Position numbers and translations under genes: made by a program. A DNA stretch of 38,752 nt from a virus (taxonomy: Duplodnaviria > Caudoviricetes), in IMG/VR virus record IMGVR_UViG_3300027820_000059, positions 1 to 38,752 of that record; one strand, written 5' to 3'. Every line of letters starts with the position of its first letter. Within the stretch, counting starts at the first letter, position 1. Under the pieces are notes generated by a model. That model saw only the letters and a list, made by a program, of their open reading frames with translations. It ran no database searches and was not told the origin of the DNA. This document shows, piece by piece, positions 29,122 through 37,456 of the stretch.

Positions 29122-29273
29122 CTTGTCCACCCTTGTTCTTCAAAGATAACCCTCACATGCCGAAGAGTTCTTGACCTCATGGACACGCGAAAGCCAAGGA
29201 CGATGCGTCTTTCTAGTACTTTTTCTACGATTGGTCTTTCCATCTTACTAATAGCCCAAGATATCATATTCAT
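29118..29273 (-). CDS. Microprotein, paralog of 28972-29121
   Basis: MNMISWAISKMERPIVEKVL...QGWTR. Confidence 0.65.
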   Translation of the reverse strand: MNMISWAISKMERPIVEKVLERRIVLGFRVSMRSRTLRHVRVIFEEQGWTR

Positions 29274-29770
29274 CTTATGTCCTCTCTTAGTACCCACGAT
29301 GGTTGTCCTCTTCGTGTCCATTTGAACATCCATTTCCCGTTAGAGTCGTATTGCTTATCAGATACGTAGTATAGCCTGTATGCCTCTACGGGGCTCTCTC
29401 GCCAGTACTGAGAGGGCATGGCTAGTCTAAGGGGGGTAGAGCCCTCAGGTAGGTTAGGTGGCACTGAGAGGGCTCCTGAGAGCTTCTCATAGCTTGCGTG
29501 TGTCTTGTTCCAGCGATACCTACGTTCCCTTGCTAGTGCAGACCATAGGTTATGCAACCAGACATAGTTATCGTAGCCTTCCATAACCCACTTGCAACTA
29601 GGGTGGTTAGGGTTAAAGCTTTTGTATACCTTGCCAGCAGAGGGACCTTCACATTCATTCTGTGCTGTGCTTAGAATCTGTGCATACTCTGTAATCATTT
29701 TGTTTACATGTGCATCAATGTGGTAGGTGGCTGCTAGGAAGGGACTTTCGTCAAGCTTGAAGATGTTCAT
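29270..29770 (-). CDS. Pyrimidine-dimer DNA glycosylase/DenV-like protein
   Basis: MNIF.LD..P..AA..H.D.HV.KM..EYAQILST, NHPS..W, AYR.YY...K, WT.R..P.W. Confidence 0.75.
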   Translation of the reverse strand: MNIFKLDESPFLAATYHIDAHVNKMITEYAQILSTAQNECEGPSAGKVYKSFNPNHPSCKWVMEGYDNYVWLHNLWSALARERRYRWNKTHASYEKLSGALSVPPNLPEGSTPLRLAMPSQYWRESPVEAYRLYYVSDKQYDSNGKWMFKWTRRGQPSWVLREDIR

Positions 29771-29799
29771 GGAGTGCCTCAAATATCAATGGTGTCATC

Positions 29800-30186
29800 T
29801 TAGTACCTTTCTATGTCTTCCTCAAGACACTCTAGACCTGCCTGTACTTCCACGATAACCAAGGGGTCAGACATGGACAAGTTAGTGACTTGGTGCCATT
29901 GGCCAGCATGGATAATAAGAGAGTTGCCTTGTTTGTAGGTGTGGCCTTGCATACTCTCTGGGTTATTACCAGTAAAGACACCAGCCATTCCCTTAGCTAT
30001 AGTCCAGTACTCTGTTCTCTTGTCATGCCTTTGCAATGAGATGCTTTGACTTGGCTCAATTACAAGAGTTTTAATGACTAGCTTTGGAAGTCTCAGGTGA
30101 TCTACGTAGTACCCCCACTTCTTAGTGTACTGAGTTTCAATGAACTTGTTTACAAGGTCAAAGGTTTTTAAGTCTCTAGTCTCCAT
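29800..30186 (-). CDS. Cupin, type II mannose-6-phosphate isomerase C-terminal-like
   Basis: KWGYY, ISLQRH..R.EYW, WH...N, IVEVQ.G...EEDIER. Confidence 0.85.
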   Translation of the reverse strand: METRDLKTFDLVNKFIETQYTKKWGYYVDHLRLPKLVIKTLVIEPSQSISLQRHDKRTEYWTIAKGMAGVFTGNNPESMQGHTYKQGNSLIIHAGQWHQVTNLSMSDPLVIVEVQAGLECLEEDIERY

Positions 30187-30347
30187 CTCCAAATGGCTCC
30201 TCTTAGTTGAACAAAGCAATCATTTGCTTTGAGTGATGATTCTTTTGCATCAAAGAAATATGGCCCCCAGTCACCGGTGTATAGAAGCCCTTGGTTATCC
30301 CCTGTGGTTGCTTTAGGATTGAAAACCCCTAAGGTTACTAAGTTCAT
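30168..30347 (-). CDS. Small hypothetical protein (59 aa)
   Basis: AAGGAG RBS; separates the cytidylyltransferase and cupin genes. Confidence 0.5.
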   Translation of the reverse strand: MNLVTLGVFNPKATTGDNQGLLYTGDWGPYFFDAKESSLKANDCFVQLRGAIWRWRLET

Positions 30348-30348
30348 C

Positions 30349-30813
30349 TTAGGCTCCTTTCTTAGCTCTCCTTAGGTATTCCGATAAGATATCTCTGGAA
30401 CTGTTTTTCTTGGCACCCTGTAGGAATCTTGGCCAGATATCCAAAGACTCTAAGGCTTCTCTTTCCTCTTTAGGTATATCCTTCTTACACTTCCTATCCC
30501 CACCATTGACAAAGACTAACTTTCTTGTACTACCGTAGTTGTCTCTTGCCCATTGCAAAAACTGTACTGCGTTTCCATCTCTATCATCAAAGGGAACTAC
30601 TCTTGATACGGTGGCAAACATTTCCAAGACAGCCTTGCGTTCATCCCAAGACATAAAGTGGCATGCCTGAGGCGTACCTTTGCGCTTAGTATCCAGCCAT
30701 TCATCAGAGTTAAGACCTACAACGATATTGCTACCTACCGATAGCAGGTCTATGTGGCCAGAGTGTATAGGGTCAAAGCCACCAGATACTAGGTAGACGT
30801 TAGAGGATGTCAT
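30349..30813 (-). CDS. Cytidylyltransferase-like nucleotidyltransferase (TagD/RfaE-II-like)
   Basis: SGGFDPIHSGH (HxGH), VGLNSD.WL, ER, NGGDR, K.NSS. Confidence 0.85.
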   Translation of the reverse strand: MTSSNVYLVSGGFDPIHSGHIDLLSVGSNIVVGLNSDEWLDTKRKGTPQACHFMSWDERKAVLEMFATVSRVVPFDDRDGNAVQFLQWARDNYGSTRKLVFVNGGDRKCKKDIPKEEREALESLDIWPRFLQGAKKNSSRDILSEYLRRAKKGA

Positions 30814-31033
30814 GCAACTTAATCCTTATTTGGTTAGATAAATCTTGAGTAAACATGTTAATGAATGGTCTCGGTGCCTTTCTTGTGTAAAACAAATCGT
30901 ATCTCATTACGCTTTTCCGAGAATTTCCTAAGTTCAAGTACAATTCACAAATATACCTACGTCCACTATTTCTCAAGTATTTATGTGCTAGATTAACTGA
31001 GTGAGTCATTGACTTTCTTAGCTCCTGTTCCAT
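30800..31033 (-). CDS. Small basic hypothetical protein
   Basis: Overlaps both neighbours; start uncertain. Confidence 0.45.
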   Translation of the reverse strand: MEQELRKSMTHSVNLAHKYLRNSGRRYICELYLNLGNSRKSVMRYDLFYTRKAPRPFINMFTQDLSNQIRIKLHDIL

Positions 31034-31664
31034 GTGGGGTAAAGCCTACGATAACCTTCCTGTCAGCCTTGGCACAAAGCATACAATCTTTGCAGTTAGT
31101 ATCCTTGTATTCCGCAATACACTGAGCTATCTTAACACCTTTGTACTTGAAAGTTGTTTGCCCTTGGTATTTAGGCGGAATCATAACGGTAGTGGGAAGC
31201 CCATAAGTTTTATAGGATACTACTCCATCCTCAAGGGTATCACAAGAAGTGTTGATGATGAACCCCTTAGAGATAGCCATACGTAGTACATCCGCATAAG
31301 TTTTATAGTCTTTGTGCGTATAGGTGAAGCCATTAGTGTGCGAAGCCGCCATGGCAAGCTGGTGCAGAGCAGCCTTGCTAATCTTAGTGCCGCTGCCGGG
31401 TAAATCTCCTGCCTGATTGTGTCTCCAAAGGGTTCCATCGGGTAACTCCTTAACCCATTTAATGAAGTCTGGCCAAGGTACCCCACGTTCTCCAGAGGAT
31501 ACCTTGTTCCAGTGTAGTCTAAGAGGGCCATACGAAGCGTAACACCCTGCATCATACCAAGAACAGGTAGGGGGACAGGACTTACGCTCCGTAGTAGTAA
31601 CAGGGATAGGCCCAGTTTTAGAATTAGATGACTTAGGGGTTATGTGTACGTTAAGCTTAGACAT
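30993..31664 (-). CDS. Cys-rich phage protein (Gp88-like, possible Fe-S/Zn)
   Basis: SN.KTG, CPPTC....CYA, RH...GD, TYTH, C..C.LC, F.PHG. Confidence 0.6.
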   Translation of the reverse strand: MSKLNVHITPKSSNSKTGPIPVTTTERKSCPPTCSWYDAGCYASYGPLRLHWNKVSSGERGVPWPDFIKWVKELPDGTLWRHNQAGDLPGSGTKISKAALHQLAMAASHTNGFTYTHKDYKTYADVLRMAISKGFIINTSCDTLEDGVVSYKTYGLPTTVMIPPKYQGQTTFKYKGVKIAQCIAEYKDTNCKDCMLCAKADRKVIVGFTPHGTGAKKVNDSLS

Positions 31665-31848
31665 CCCTAGCCTCCCATTTTACACAGTTTTTCATTATGA
31701 AAAGAGGGCTACTAAGTCTTCGTCTAATCACCGCGTAATCTGAGTGACTGCCTAACTTAGACCCTACGGTAGGCGTTAAACCATGCACTTGATGAAAAAG
31801 AGCAAAGATTGGATACCAATGTCCTTTTCTCTCTACAATGTGTTTCAT
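31657..31848 (-). CDS. Small hypothetical protein
   Basis: GGAGG RBS; overlaps its neighbours. Confidence 0.55.
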   Translation of the reverse strand: MKHIVERKGHWYPIFALFHQVHGLTPTVGSKLGSHSDYAVIRRRLSSPLFIMKNCVKWEARDV

Positions 31849-32007
31849 TCTAGAAACCTCCTAGGAATGTTTCTTAAAGCCATGGTTATCTTAAAATTGA
31901 TGGGCCAGTAAAGGTTTAGATTACAAGGCTCCCCTCGCCTCTCAACAAGCCCTAGGGTCCACATTGACTGCGGACCACCCTCTGTTATATCAGAGATTCT
32001 TCTTAGT

Positions 32008-32949
32008 TCACCAGTAGATATCATCATCAGCTTCATCAAAGATATCATCATCGTCATCCTCATAATCACTATAACGAATCCAACTTGAATCGTAGGAGTC
32101 ATCAAGAGGGTCTTCATTATAGTTCATGTTATACCCTTCATACACTTGACCACCAAGAACATCTCTCTCAACGGCTGTCTCTATCACCGAGTCAACCGTG
32201 TATGCACAGACACGCATCTTGGCATTGTTATAATCAGTGGGAATAGATACCACATCCTTAGGATTGATCTTAACCTTGACTAAGATTCTCCCGTTGCCAA
32301 AGAAGAAGTTCTTAGCATACTCAAAGGCACAGACATGGAGTCCCGCTGAACAGGTACGGTCAGGGTTATCCTCAACCTTGTTGCGAGACATACTCACATG
32401 GCTACCCACTGAGTTGTCAATTTCACTTGTGTAACAATCCTTGAAGTCGCTAGTGATTACCTTGTAAGCATAGAAGCAACCATCGTTACTAATGGGCATC
32501 GTATGCACTTCAAGGAAGCCATATAGCTGTTCAACAGATTTGTACGAAGGGTTCTCTTGCAAGTTCTCAAGGAACCTAAGCATATTGTCAATGGGTAATT
32601 TGTACGCAGACAAAGCCTTGATACGTTCTACAGCAAAGCCTTGCAAAGGTTTACCTTGATACATCACAGTACCATCTTCATAGGTAACTTCTGAATCCTG
32701 TTTGTTCAGGTATCCTTCTGTGTCAACTACTAGGCCTGATGTAAAGGCATCACTGAGTTCATCTGTGAACTCAGAGTCAAACAGCCATGCTCTAGGGCCT
32801 TCAGGACCTTCATTCCAGTTACGCAGCAAGTCCATGACCATACTAAAGTTACGTTGCCCACGACGAGCAGTCTTTACATCGCCGCCGCCAAAGTCAACAG
32901 TTACATTGTTGTCAGAGATAATCACTGACATTCCTAGGGGATAAGACAT
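32008..32949 (-). CDS. rIIB: rIIB-like protein
   Basis: FLENL..NPS..SV.QLY.FL, DG.F.AYK, DNS.G, CS.GLH, INP.DVVSIP.DYN..K.RVC.Y. Confidence 0.9.
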   Translation of the reverse strand: MSYPLGMSVIISDNNVTVDFGGGDVKTARRGQRNFSMVMDLLRNWNEGPEGPRAWLFDSEFTDELSDAFTSGLVVDTEGYLNKQDSEVTYEDGTVMYQGKPLQGFAVERIKALSAYKLPIDNMLRFLENLQENPSYKSVEQLYGFLEVHTMPISNDGCFYAYKVITSDFKDCYTSEIDNSVGSHVSMSRNKVEDNPDRTCSAGLHVCAFEYAKNFFFGNGRILVKVKINPKDVVSIPTDYNNAKMRVCAYTVDSVIETAVERDVLGGQVYEGYNMNYNEDPLDDSYDSSWIRYSDYEDDDDDIFDEADDDIYW

Positions 32950-32969
32950 TGAAGTCTCCTTTCATGTTG

Positions 32970-33001
32970 CCTAGGTACCAACATGGTGCCTAGGTTTTCT
33001 T
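32970..33001 (+). terminator. Hairpin between rIIA and rIIB, U-tract on the antisense (+) strand
   Basis: CCTAGGTACCA-ACA-TGGTGCCTAGG-TTTTCTT. Confidence 0.45.
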
Positions 33002-33011
33002 CTAAGTTAGT

Positions 33012-35237
33012 CTAAGGGGTACTCTCTGTGCCTATCTTAGGTAGGCCTTCTCTTTCTACATAGTATTTAAGCAAGGTTTCCAAGTTTGTTTCTTCAAGTA
33101 ACTTGGTAGCACGGATGAACTCTTTTTTCAAGGCATCATTAGACTTTTCTGCACTAGTAAATCTAACCCCATTCTTGGTTAGCCACTTTCTCATAGGTAA
33201 TTCAATGAGTTCCGGAGCATTGTTAACTTCTTCCCTTGCCTTCTCTATGAGAGGTTTCAAGGGTTCAAGGTACCAATCGGGTAGACTTGGGTGTCCGTAG
33301 CGCCCATACTGAGCATCGGAAAACTTGCTTATAAGCTCATTGGCTGCCTCTATATCCAAGGTTGTTGAGTGACTCAAGGATGTTTTCTGGACACATACTC
33401 GGTAGTAGTGCAAGAAGTTAATCAAAAGCCCTGATTTCTTTGCTTCCTTAAAGGCACTAGTGTTTTTCTGTGTAGCACTGGCATAGAATATTATATCCTT
33501 TGGTCTAAAGGCATTGATACCGTTAAGTCTGTCCACCATAGATTCCAGTGGCAGGCTCCATAGCGGGACCTTATAACTGTAGTTGTCTATACTTGTTCTA
33601 CTTGTAGGTACATAGAAGATTCTCTTTGGCTCTGCTACCTGTTCTTTCATGGTCGCAGAGTATCCTAGTTGAATCATCCTTAGGGCATCTGTGCAAAAGT
33701 AATAAGGTGTGCGGTAATTTTCTCGCTTTGCACCTAGGAAAGAGGACTGAGCTGCCTTAGTCTTATCTTTAGTTGTCTTAGGTACCTCAACATCATCCAA
33801 ACAAATAGTCTCAAAGCAACTAGGGTAGTCGTCTAGGTATGTGCTAGGCTTATCCTTGAAGATCAAGAAGGAGTAGTATGATTTACTAAGCTCAAGGTTC
33901 TCTTGCACCCAAATCTTAAGCCTTTGGATATGGTTCTTACAGGCAGTTGCATAGAATACAATGACCTTTGCATCATACAAGGTATCAGTGTTGAAGCGAT
34001 TGAAGCTAACACTGTCTTCTTTTTTAACTCTGTAAATACCAGATGCGTTGTAAGAATTTGATCTACTGTATTCATAGGACCCAATCAGATTATCTCTTAG
34101 GGCATCCAAGTTAGTAAGGTCTGCAAAGTTAATCCCTCCACGTACAATTGTAATCTTCTTAGTTGTCTTGGGGTCATGCCATTCAGGTGTATAGGAATTT
34201 AGGAGAACATCAGAAGCAGCTATGGCTTCCCCTAAGGTTGTAGCTGCCTTAAGTTCCTTCTCAAAGTGATCTTTTATTTTCTTGTCTAAGTCTTTGAAAT
34301 GCTTAGTTAATCTCTCATTAGTGATCTTGTCAAGGCTGAGAGTTTCTCTGTTATCCGAGACAGAGAGGTACCCATTAGGAAAGAAGTACGACGGATTTCC
34401 TGAACATAGTCGTGAAATATCACGTAGTGAGGCTTGAGTTTCATAAGGTAGGATACTTTCCCTAACCGTGTAAGGCCTTTGTCCGATGACAAAAGTAATA
34501 TCATTTGAGCGTGTCCTTCCATTCCTAATGTATGCCATAGGGATGTTTTCTTTTCTAAGGTCTACAATGCTTTCTTCATCAAAGAAGTAATCAATTGGTA
34601 CTGTGATATCATCTTCGAATACTTTAGGGCGTAGCTTAGGTGGCATGTAGTACAGGAACTCACGCATAGCACGAAGAATCTCTGCCTTTTCATGCGTTGT
34701 CATAGGAATAATAACGTCAGTACCCTGGGGATTATCCGATGCACTCTCTGATGTTACATATATAGCGGGTGTTCCATCGCCTCCATCAGCTGTAACGTGT
34801 GCTGTGGATTCCATGCCACCTTGCCTTGTCTTGATAACGAAGTCACTAAGGCACAGAGGGGCAATCATGCCTACACCAAAGCCACCAATGCGGACATTAT
34901 CCTCATTCTTGTCTGTCTTACCCGGTTCTACGTTCTCTGCTAGCTGTTCAGCAGTCATACCTCTGCCAAAGTCTCTAATGATTAGGTTAGGGTTACTATG
35001 TGTGGGCAGATAAACTTCGTATTGCTTTCCTCTATCACCCTTTGCAATGGCGAAGATAACTTCATCGGCAGCATTAGACGCAATCTCGCTAAACACAGCA
35101 CGATACTTGTCATTATACTGGTCAATGTGTCTACGGAATTGCGTAGCCTCATCCATGTGTTTAAAGGACAGAGACTTCTTTGATACAAAGTCACCATCTG
35201 TCACAATGTTCTGTGTTGCTTTACTTTCTATTTTCAT
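33012..35237 (-). CDS. rIIA: rIIA-like protein (N-terminal GHKL ATPase)
   Basis: EIASNAAD, IRDFGRGM, IGGFGVG, GT, RETL; adjacent to rIIB. Confidence 0.85.
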   Translation of the reverse strand: MKIESKATQNIVTDGDFVSKKSLSFKHMDEATQFRRHIDQYNDKYRAVFSEIASNAADEVIFAIAKGDRGKQYEVYLPTHSNPNLIIRDFGRGMTAEQLAENVEPGKTDKNEDNVRIGGFGVGMIAPLCLSDFVIKTRQGGMESTAHVTADGGDGTPAIYVTSESASDNPQGTDVIIPMTTHEKAEILRAMREFLYYMPPKLRPKVFEDDITVPIDYFFDEESIVDLRKENIPMAYIRNGRTRSNDITFVIGQRPYTVRESILPYETQASLRDISRLCSGNPSYFFPNGYLSVSDNRETLSLDKITNERLTKHFKDLDKKIKDHFEKELKAATTLGEAIAASDVLLNSYTPEWHDPKTTKKITIVRGGINFADLTNLDALRDNLIGSYEYSRSNSYNASGIYRVKKEDSVSFNRFNTDTLYDAKVIVFYATACKNHIQRLKIWVQENLELSKSYYSFLIFKDKPSTYLDDYPSCFETICLDDVEVPKTTKDKTKAAQSSFLGAKRENYRTPYYFCTDALRMIQLGYSATMKEQVAEPKRIFYVPTSRTSIDNYSYKVPLWSLPLESMVDRLNGINAFRPKDIIFYASATQKNTSAFKEAKKSGLLINFLHYYRVCVQKTSLSHSTTLDIEAANELISKFSDAQYGRYGHPSLPDWYLEPLKPLIEKAREEVNNAPELIELPMRKWLTKNGVRFTSAEKSNDALKKEFIRATKLLEETNLETLLKYYVEREGLPKIGTESTP

Positions 35238-35343
35238 TAAAGTTCTCCTCGTATCTTAATCGGTCATGCACTGGAAACCTTATCAAGTCCCACACTTGAA
35301 TATCCACTTGGTCATTTACTTGGGTCTCTAATTCTTTCCACAT
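35221..35343 (-). CDS. QVW-family microprotein (40 aa)
   Basis: MWKELETQVNDQVDIQVWDLIRFPVHD... Confidence 0.6.
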   Translation of the reverse strand: MWKELETQVNDQVDIQVWDLIRFPVHDRLRYEENFNENRK

Positions 35344-35491
35344 ATAGCTGTCTCTTAATTCCATCTGGTACTACACGCCTCCATACTCGGTTCCATACTA
35401 CTAACCATACTTTGTCACTTGATTGTGCGACTGATTTTGCTAGTATTGGTGCCCGCACTTTGCCCCATACTTGGCGTCTTAAGTTTTTCAT
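35312..35491 (-). CDS. QVW-family microprotein (59 aa)
   Basis: MKNLRRQVWGKVRAPIL...KVWLVVWNRVWRRV; ATGA overlap. Confidence 0.7.
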   Translation of the reverse strand: MKNLRRQVWGKVRAPILAKSVAQSSDKVWLVVWNRVWRRVVPDGIKRQLYVERIRDPSK

Positions 35492-35691
35492 AGGTACCTC
35501 ACTAGAAACCTAACTTGGCCCCACACTGGGAAATGCACATGAAGCCACACTTGGAAATGCACATGAAGCCACACTTGGTGCCTCACTTTTTTGAACACTT
35601 GTCGCCACAAAGGGGTACCTACTTGGACCCACACTCGGGTATCTATTGTGTGATCCCATTGAATCAATACCTGTTCCTTTAAGTTCTCCAT
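35488..35691 (-). CDS. QVW-family microprotein (67 aa)
   Basis: MENLKEQV...QVWLHVHFQVWLHVHF; GAGG RBS. Confidence 0.75.
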   Translation of the reverse strand: MENLKEQVLIQWDHTIDTRVWVQVGTPLWRQVFKKVRHQVWLHVHFQVWLHVHFPVWGQVRFLVRYL

Positions 35692-36006
35692 AGCTACCTC
35701 ATTAGTTTCTTCTAGTTTATCCTAAAGGCTCTCTGTAGTATCTTGTAGTAAAGGGGGCTGATGACATCAGAAAGCTTAGAATAAACAAGGTTCATACACG
35801 TATCTTCAACTTCAATTATAGGATGTGAGGCCCTTCTAAGTATCACATGTCTAACTTTGTACTTCTCTATTTTTCTCATAGCTATTTCCTTGGTGTCTTA
35901 TGCAATCTAATGAGCCTTTTAACGTCATGCTCAGGACACCAAGGCGAAGTGTGGCACCTTGGTCTGCGCTCAAGACGTAGACAGCACAGGGTACGTCGAG
36001 CACAAA

Positions 36007-36069
36007 TGGTACTCCCGATAGGACTCGAACCTATAACCTACAGATTAGAGTTGCCTATTCTATCCGTTA
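36007..36069 (-). pseudogene. 3' fragment of a disrupted tRNA, probably tRNA-Arg(UCU)
   Basis: ...TCTAA TCTGT AGGTT ATAGG TTCGAGT CCTAT CGGGAGT A CCA; the anticodon stem does not pair. Confidence 0.7.
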
Positions 36070-36079
36070 TGTGGTATAG

Positions 36080-36155
36080 TGGTAGCTCCTAAAGGACTCA
36101 AACCCTTAATTGCAAATTAGAAGTTTGCCGTGATATTCAGTTTCACCAAGGAGCC
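36080..36155 (-). tRNA. tRNA-Arg(UCU)
   Basis: Acceptor GGCTCCT/AGGAGCT, D stem GTGA/TCAC, anticodon arm GCAAA-CTTCTAA-TTTGC, T arm AAGGG-TTTGAGT-CCTTT, encoded CCA; 76 nt. Confidence 0.9.
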
Positions 36156-36157
36156 AT

Positions 36158-36505
36158 ATGAAAACTTGTACTAAATGTAAAGAAACAAAACCATTAACAG
36201 ACTATTACAAGCAAAGCGATAGAAAGAATGGCGCGTCTATGTGTAAGGTTTGTTTTAATGCATACTGTATAGAGCGTTGGCGTAAAGGTAAGGTCAAAGC
36301 CATAGAATACAAGGGTGGCAAGTGCATACGTTGTGGGTATGGTGAGCATCCTGCCGCCTTGCAGTTTCATCACACTGACCCATCTACTAAGGACACCAAC
36401 TGGACTAAGTTACGCTTACGCTCTTGGGATAAAATAAAGCGTGAGCTAGACAAGTGCGTCCTACTCTGTGCTAATTGTCATTCCATTGAGCACTCAGGTA
36501 GTTGA
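36158..36505 (+). CDS. HNH homing endonuclease with N-terminal Zn finger
   Basis: CTKC...CKVC, GGKCIRCGY...ALQFHH.DP..K...ELDKC.LLCANCH...H. Only convincing + strand gene in the - arm. Confidence 0.9.
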   Translation: MKTCTKCKETKPLTDYYKQSDRKNGASMCKVCFNAYCIERWRKGKVKAIEYKGGKCIRCGYGEHPAALQFHHTDPSTKDTNWTKLRLRSWDKIKRELDKCVLLCANCHSIEHSGS

Positions 36506-36516
36506 GCTACGGGAGC
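36501..36516 (-). pseudogene. 5' fragment of the disrupted tRNA
   Basis: GCTCCCG TA GCTC AAC; GCTCCCG pairs with CGGGAGT of the 36007 fragment. Confidence 0.7.
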
Positions 36517-36532
36517 CAACTAGTTAGTTTAC

Positions 36533-36676
36533 CTAAGGGAGCCTAGCTCTTAGGGCTTGTCTAAATTGAAACATGAAAGCCTCGTCTACCCCTTCAACCA
36601 ACACACTTAGGTCCAGTACTTTGTATATCATTGGATTACTTAATTGTTCAATAAATTGGTATCTTAAGTTCTTCAT
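36533..36676 (-). CDS. Diverged QVW-family microprotein (47 aa)
   Basis: MKNLRYQFIEQLSNPMI...; same RBS/start cassette. Confidence 0.7.
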   Translation of the reverse strand: MKNLRYQFIEQLSNPMIYKVLDLSVLVEGVDEAFMFQFRQALRARLP

Positions 36677-36804
36677 AGCTGCCTCACTCGGACCCTTACT
36701 TGGACCCATACTTGGCCCCATACTTGAACCCATACTTGGTCCCATACTTGAACCCATACTTGGTCCCATACTTGGCCCTCTACTTGGTCCCTTAAGTTCT
36801 CCAT
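36673..36804 (-). CDS. QVW-repeat microprotein (43 aa)
   Basis: MENLRDQVEGQVWDQVWVQVWDQVWVQVWGQVWVQVRVRVRQL. Confidence 0.75.
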   Translation of the reverse strand: MENLRDQVEGQVWDQVWVQVWDQVWVQVWGQVWVQVRVRVRQL

Positions 36805-36956
36805 AGCTGCCTTCCTCTATCATCTTTGGCTACCCTCAGATAACCAAGGTCTAACTAAAAGCCAAAGAGGGAGAAGATAATTACAAACATTCCTATAACC
36901 ATCCAAAATCTATATTCTTTCTCAGTCATAATAATCTCCAAGGGCACAAAGGTGTT

Positions 36957-36992
36957 CAAAAGAAAACCCCAGACACCATGAGGCATCTGGGG
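36957..36992 (-). terminator. Rho-independent terminator
   Basis: CCCCAGATGCC-TCAT-GGTGTCTGGGG-TTTTCTTT. Confidence 0.8.
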
Positions 36993-37014
36993 TATCAAAG
37001 GTACGCTAGGGTAC

Positions 37015-37362
37015 TTAGTCAGCTACGCGACGATAACCCTCAGGGGTATACTCACGTTGACGCCGAATCTTATAGTTACCCGCTTCAAGACCAAGAGTCT
37101 CATGGGTATCATAAGAACGCTCATGCGTCAGAGGAGTCTTTTCCTTGACAGACAAGATTGCATTGAAAGCATCTTCAGGGTCTTGGAAGTACGTGGTGCT
37201 ACGCTCAAGCACAGTGTGGTGATGCCCAGTTTCAGAGTGGGCCACAATGTACTTACCATTTTCTGCTTGGACTTCCTTGTAATTCTCAGGAATCACGAAG
37301 TCATCACTGAGCCGCATGATGAGCAGATCACCTTGTGCAGCTTGACGTTTAAAGGTTTTCAT
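37015..37362 (-). CDS. 'QGD' His-rich beta (cupin-like) protein, usual partner of DUF6745
   Basis: QGDLLI, AHSETGHHH, LTHE...HET..L..G.Y.IRRQREY.P. Confidence 0.7.
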   Translation of the reverse strand: MKTFKRQAAQGDLLIMRLSDDFVIPENYKEVQAENGKYIVAHSETGHHHTVLERSTTYFQDPEDAFNAILSVKEKTPLTHERSYDTHETLGLEAGNYKIRRQREYTPEGYRRVAD

Positions 37363-37426
37363 GTACCTTTCCTTTCTAGAAAGTTTAGGATACCCCTAGG
37401 TAACCCTAGGAATAACTAAGAGGCAC

Positions 37427-37454
37427 AGTATAACAGAGTATTACACTATGTCAA
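37427..37454 (-). promoter_or_regulatory. Sigma70-type promoter
   Basis: TTGACA-16 nt-(TG)nTATACT. Confidence 0.7.
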
Positions 37455-37456
37455 GT

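Noticed and set aside
240-35259. Numerous antisense or nested ORFs in the track (e.g. 496-795, 7272-7796, 18360-18959, 22547-22909)
   Set aside because: They lie within well-supported genes and have no recognisable motifs.
36007-36069. Amber-suppressor tRNA (CUA) reading of CTCTAA
   Set aside because: The anticodon stem does not pair, the 5' acceptor strand is detached, and TAG acts as a normal stop in many genes here.
36070-36500. Group I intron in the tRNA
   Set aside because: The insert is almost entirely HNH ORF plus tRNA, leaving no room for a ribozyme core, and the rejoined tRNA has broken D and anticodon stems.
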